Assembly: GCF_016433145.1 (NCBI RefSeq)
Contig: NC_058131.1
Coordinates: 347,099,076-347,163,075, forward strand
Reading direction: 5' to 3'
Source: Gracilinanus agilis
Taxonomy: Eukaryota
DNA: 64,000 nt
The notes under the pieces are model-generated. The model was not told the origin of the DNA and did not search any database. It saw only the letters and a list, made by a program, of their open reading frames with translations. The translations under genes were made by a program, and so were the position numbers. Of the stretch, positions 59,265-64,000 are shown piece by piece; position 1 is the first letter of the stretch, and each line of letters starts with the position of its first letter.

Positions 59265-61822
59265 GTAGGAAGCCTCCCTGAAAATAGTGTGGCATTGTTG
59301 AAAACAAATTTGGACTCAAATGACTTGGGTTTGAATCCCATCTCTGCTACTTGCTATCTCTATGACTTTGGACAAATATTTAAGTCTTGTTAGGCCTCCA
59401 GAGAGGTTTTCCATCTGTTAGGACACTGGATTAGATAATCTCTAAAATTCTTTCCTTGATCTTTCTTTGATCTTTCTCTAATTAAGATCCAAACTAAAAT
59501 GGAAGCTCCTAGGATACATGGTCATGCAGACAAGGTTTGAGAACTCCTGAATTCCTTTATTTAGGCATCCTTGTGATCTGAGGTAGCAGATAGACACCCC
59601 TGAGCACAAGTACCACGCAGAACAATGATGAACTTGGTGTAGACTTTCTCATGGGTACAAAGAGGTTGAATCAGAAGAGCCTCCTTCTAGGCTCTGTTCT
59701 TAAAGGCTCAGAGTTCCTGACCATGGTCTTCCAACCAAAGAGCTTCCCCTAGTAACATCAGATCTCAGAGATTTCCCCTTAAGCTTCAGAAAAAGTAGAC
59801 ACTGCCATGAAAACAGTGAGTAGTTTGAATCCTCTTACTAGATGTCTGGTTTTTACTCCTTTGGGGGCTTTTTACAGGCAATTCATTTCTTCCTTTGGGT
59901 TTGGAATTACCAAGATTACAACTGTAGCTTCCTATCGAGTAAGGGCATTACTGAAACCCTTCTTGGCATCTAGATTTTCTTTCCTAGTGGTTTGAGCCAA
60001 TAAGATGTAAGCTCCTTATAGGCAGAACTGTTTGTTTGTTTTTTTATCTTCATATCCCCAATACCAGACAGAACTGGACTGTAACGTCTATCATTAGAAC
60101 TAGTAAGTGAGAACTGCCTCTGTTCTGGGCCTGAAGCTTGTGTCCTCAGTCTGCCTTTCTGGTCCTTTCTAGCATGACAGAGCGACCCCTAGGCTGGCAT
60201 GTTACCTTCATGACTCATTGCCCTCTTACAGGCTTATGATAGGCATTATATCTCTTTTGCTTATGCCCGGTTAGAAACAAATCTGACTTTCTTAGTAGGC
60301 CATGCTTTTTTTTTTTTTTTTTAATTTAGTCTTTCAGTCTTAGTAACAACTCTTACAGGCAAACAGGGTTGAGTGACTTGCATATAGTCAGACAACTAGG
60401 AAGTATCTGAGGGCAGATTTGAACTCAAGGCCTCTCATCTCCATATCTGGCACTCTTATCTACTGTGCCACCTAGCTACCCCTAGTTTCCTATGCTTGAT
60501 GTCTAAGCTGAAGCTACCAGCTAAAGCCTTAGACTGTGACATCAGTGCCCTACAGGCCAAAAGGAAGTGACTAGTTGTTTGAAGGAAGAAAAAAAGGGGG
60601 GGGGGAGGAGAGAATAAACATTTATTAAGCATTTACTGTGTGCTAGACAATGTACTAAGCACTGAAGATACAGATACAAACAGAGAGAATACCTCTGTCC
60701 TCAAGCAGTTTACATTTTAAAGGTGAAAAGCCAGCACACAAAAAGGATTTGAAAAGATGGAGGGTGGTGGGCAGGGGAGAGACTGAAGATATCTACACAC
60801 CTGGCTTTTCACATCTTTCTAGTGAGAGAAGGGGGCCAAGACTTGAGGTAGGATATTCCCTGATGACCAGGCTGCCAGGTGGTAGATTGTTCCAGGGGGA
60901 GGAGATTTCAGGCATAGAGGGAAGCAGATACCAGGATAAGGAGGACAGCAGAAAGACCTGGTTTTGAAGTATGTTATGGTAAATGAATAAATAACTCTGT
61001 GGGTTAACTAACAGAATAACAAAACCGGTGACAAACAACTCCAGGGTGGTTTGGTAAGAAGAGGAATGGGGAATGGAGGAGAGAGGGAAACCACCAAGAG
61101 AAGCTGCTGGGGTTATCTCAGTGGGTTCTTGTTGTCAAGATGCCAGGTTTGTCTGGGAAAGGAGAAGAACAAAGAAGGTCTGTATAAAAGGGTTTTAATA
61201 ATAAACTAGGATAGGGAGTGAAGGGAAGTAAGGAAAAACTGCCACTTAAGTCTAAAGGTAACTGTCAGAGAATGGAGGGATGGTGATGACTATGAACACT
61301 AAATCTACCAGCAGACTTGCCTGTGGTAAGGGCTGGCTTTTCAGGGGTAAGGTTATCTCATGAAGCTGTCCTTGACTAATCTTTAGATGTCTCTGGTCCC
61401 AGGAAACTCTGGTTACACAGAAAGATATAATCCAAGTGGGAAGTCAGAGATATAGGATTATCTGTGTGTCCACCATCACAGACAAAAATCGTGTCTCAAC
61501 CTACAGCTTCACTGTTCTGAGATCCCAGATGCCACACAGGCTCACTCAGACAGCTGCTTACAAAGCTAACAAATGCCAACGACCGCCAACTCCAGAATCA
61601 CTGTGTGCAAGTCCCCTCTGTGGCAGGATTCCAAGCTTGGAATTCCAAGCTCTTGCCAGCTTGCCTGCTTTCTGCTAACTAAATTTCTAATCTATATTTT
61701 CTCTAAAACAAGTATAAAAATTCAGGAACAAAGTAGAAAGGAATGAGATGAGGTTAGGGTAACTTTGCACATTGCAGTAGACATAAGGTATATGGGGTAG
61801 GGGCTCTGATTTAGTGAATGCT

Positions 61823-62050
61823 TCCTTATTATTATTCTTATTATTTTTTTTATTATTATCCCTTACCTTCCTTCTTAGAAGCAATACTGTGTGTTGGTTC
61901 CAAGGCAGAAGAGTGGTAAGGGCTAGGCAGTGGGAGTTAAGTGACTTGCCCAGGGTCACCCAGCTAGGAAGGGTCTGAGGTCACATTTGAACCCAGGACC
62001 TCCTGTCTCTAAACCTGACTCTCAATCCACTGAGGCACCCAGATGCCCCC
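61823..62050 (-). mobile_element. SINE with (TTA)n tail
   Basis: TSD TGAATGCT at 61815-61822 and 62051-62058. Confidence 0.85.
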
Positions 62051-62118
62051 TGAATGCTCTATTATTGCCCTCACTCATCAAATGTCTCTGTCTCTGTCTC
62101 TGTCTCTCTCATTGATAG

Positions 62119-62182
62119 CCCACTGTGGGAAATGGTACAAGATGGAATTGACCTGAAAACCATCAAGTGGACACAGCACTAG
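62119..62182 (+). CDS. NFS1: NFS1 exon 13 CDS (PLWEMVQDGIDLKTIKWTQH*)
   Basis: TAG at 62180-62182; summed CDS 1353 nt = 450 aa plus stop. Confidence 0.97.
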
Positions 62183-62992
62183 AGTGGACATCTGACCATA
62201 TACTCTCCCTGCTTCTTCTTACCTCACTGGCCTGAGAAATATCAGGTAGCGGGGTCCTTTTGTTACAAAACTACCAGCCCAAGTGGAGACTCTACCTTTT
62301 CTGCTAGATTCACTACAATCCAGTGGATTTCAATGTCTCACTTCTAGAACATAAACAAAACAAAACTCTGCTCCCAGATTCAGCTCTTTAGTGCTGCCCA
62401 GAAAGTCTCTTTCTCAAGGCTTCAGAAGGCTAGCCTTTACATTCTAAAACACCAAGAATACTTAGATAAGAGTAAAAATGTTGCTGACACCGTGTTGGGG
62501 TAGTCCTGGAGAAAGGAAGAAAGAGCCTCTATCTCCATGACTCTTGTGATCTGCACTGGCCACATCATATGTCAGCCTTGCTGCCCAATTGTTCTGACTT
62601 TTTCTTTTCTTTTTTTGAAAACTATTACCTTCTGTCTTGGAATCAGTACTAAATATGCATTCCAAAGCAAAAGAGAAGTCAAAGGTAGGCATTTGGGGTT
62701 AAGTAACTTGCCCAGGGACACCCAGCCACTCTCCAGGCCTGGCTCTCTATCCCTTGAACCACCTAGCTGCCCCTGTTCTGACTTTTTCACAGGCTAATGT
62801 GGTCAACTTCGATTTCTGTGTGGCTACCAAAGGCAATCCCCCTATTTTAGCTATGGGCCCAATTTCTTAGAGAACACTCACTCTCTCTGTACCCACCTTT
62901 TTTCTTTTGTTCATCCACATAGCTGTAAATATATGTATTACCCAGTATTATTTTAATTTGCATTTCCTAATATGAAACCTGTTAATTTGCAA

Positions 62993-63006
62993 ATTAAAGA
63001 AATAAA
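62993..63006 (+). terminator. NFS1: NFS1 polyadenylation signals ATTAAA and AATAAA
   Basis: ATTAAA 62993-62998 and AATAAA 63001-63006, then GT/T-rich sequence. Confidence 0.7.
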
Positions 63007-63376
63007 CCCTCCTATATTGGTTTCTCTGTGTTAGGTTTAGGGAAAGGTGAGAGTATAAAATAGTGGTTTCAAGTATGAACTATGGAACAATCCATAACAG
63101 CCTTTCATCATTCCAAAGGCAAGTATGTGTCAGTCGTATGTCTTTACCCTTTTATGGAATACTGCTTCTACTTTACATGCTTTGCTTATACTGACCCTTT
63201 TTCATTCATTTGCTTATACTGACGCTTTTTCATTCATTCATTTTCAAAGTTATATTAGAACTAACCAAGCACTACACATATGAACAGAAAGTTTATATGA
63301 GCTTTCAGAATGTAATCTTGTTTATCAGCCTAGTCACTGTAAATATTCTTGAGTCCATGAAAACACTGAGGATTTT

Positions 63377-63651
63377 TCATTGTTGTTATTCAATCATTTC
63401 AGTAGTGTCTGACTCTCCATGATCTGTCTGACTCTCCATGATCCCATTTGGAGTTTTCTTGGCAAAGATACTGGAGTGGTTTGCCATTTTATTCTCCAGC
63501 TCATTTTATAGATGAGGAAACTGAGGCAAACAGGGTTAAGTGACTTGCCCAGGGTCACACAGCGAATAAGTGTCTGAGGCCAGACTTGAACTTAGAAAGT
63601 TGTCTTCTTGACTTTAGGCCTGGCACTCTCTCCACTATGTCACCTATTTGC
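63377..63651 (-). mobile_element. MAR1-type CORE SINE
   Basis: GGAGTTTTCTTGGCAAAGATACTGGAGTGGTTTGCC plus CORE; small internal tandem duplication TCTGACTCTCCATGATC. Confidence 0.8.
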
Positions 63652-64000
63652 ACTTTGATATTTTGGTAATACCAGTTATAAAAATCATAATTTTAAAACT
63701 GGCAGGAACATTGAAAGCCTCTAATCCAACCCTCTCATTTTATAGGCAAGGAAACTAATTCCTAGAGCAGTGAAATTACTTGTCCCAGGTCTCAGGTAAT
63801 AAGTTGCCATACCTGGGTTCAAAGACATTGACCCAAGTCCTTCACCTCCAAATATTTCCATATAAATAATTTCACACATTTTTTTCTATATAAGAGCCCT
63901 CCTTTAGCATTCATGATACTAATTCATTGCTATTTCTGCTAAGAAAAAATGATGTGCCATTTTGTTAGATGGCTTATAATTTTTGTTTCAACAAATAGAC

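Noticed and set aside
62311-62335. CAGTG hairpin in the NFS1 3'UTR as a possible iron-responsive element
   Set aside because: The loop is CAGTGG, the stem is only 4 bp and there is no bulged C; it does not fit the IRE consensus.
1-64000. CRISPR arrays, rRNA genes, intact tRNA genes, intact transposase or RT ORFs
   Set aside because: None seen; this is a mammalian housekeeping locus with only decayed or non-autonomous repeats.

Overview
Marsupial genomic DNA, most likely the opossum Monodelphis domestica or a close didelphid, judged from the SINE1_Mdo/MAR1/L1-type repeats. The locus is syntenic with human 20q11.22. It holds three complete protein-coding genes, all reconstructed by hand with consistent splice phases. 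RBM39 is on +, with non-coding exon 1 and 16 coding exons from 9267 to 36559 (524 aa). ROMO1 is on -, 40936->40415 (79 aa). NFS1 is on +, 13 exons from 41282 to 62182 (450 aa), and shares a ~140-bp head-to-head promoter with ROMO1. The GC-rich first ~300 bp is probably the promoter edge of the divergent neighbour (PHF20 by synteny, inference). Four N-runs (252, 236, 140, 198 nt) all lie in RBM39 non-coding sequence; the first is where the conserved poison-exon element is expected, so it cannot be read. Best leads: (1) a 135-bp near-perfect palindrome with TGT...ACA ends and a 4-bp TSD inserted into a SINE in NFS1 intron 7; (2) a hidden acceptor behind a 130-nt AG-free zone in RBM39 intron 13, predicting a UHM-less isoform or poison exon; (3) a spliceable RBM39 5'UTR intron that would turn a 7-codon uORF into an overlapping out-of-frame ORF; (4) further candidate poison exons, a GC-AG intron in NFS1, absence of the acceptor for the human 530-aa RBM39 isoform, and a C/D-box-like segment carrying the U14 guide sequence. 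All comparisons with human sequences and repeat consensuses are from memory and need alignment.
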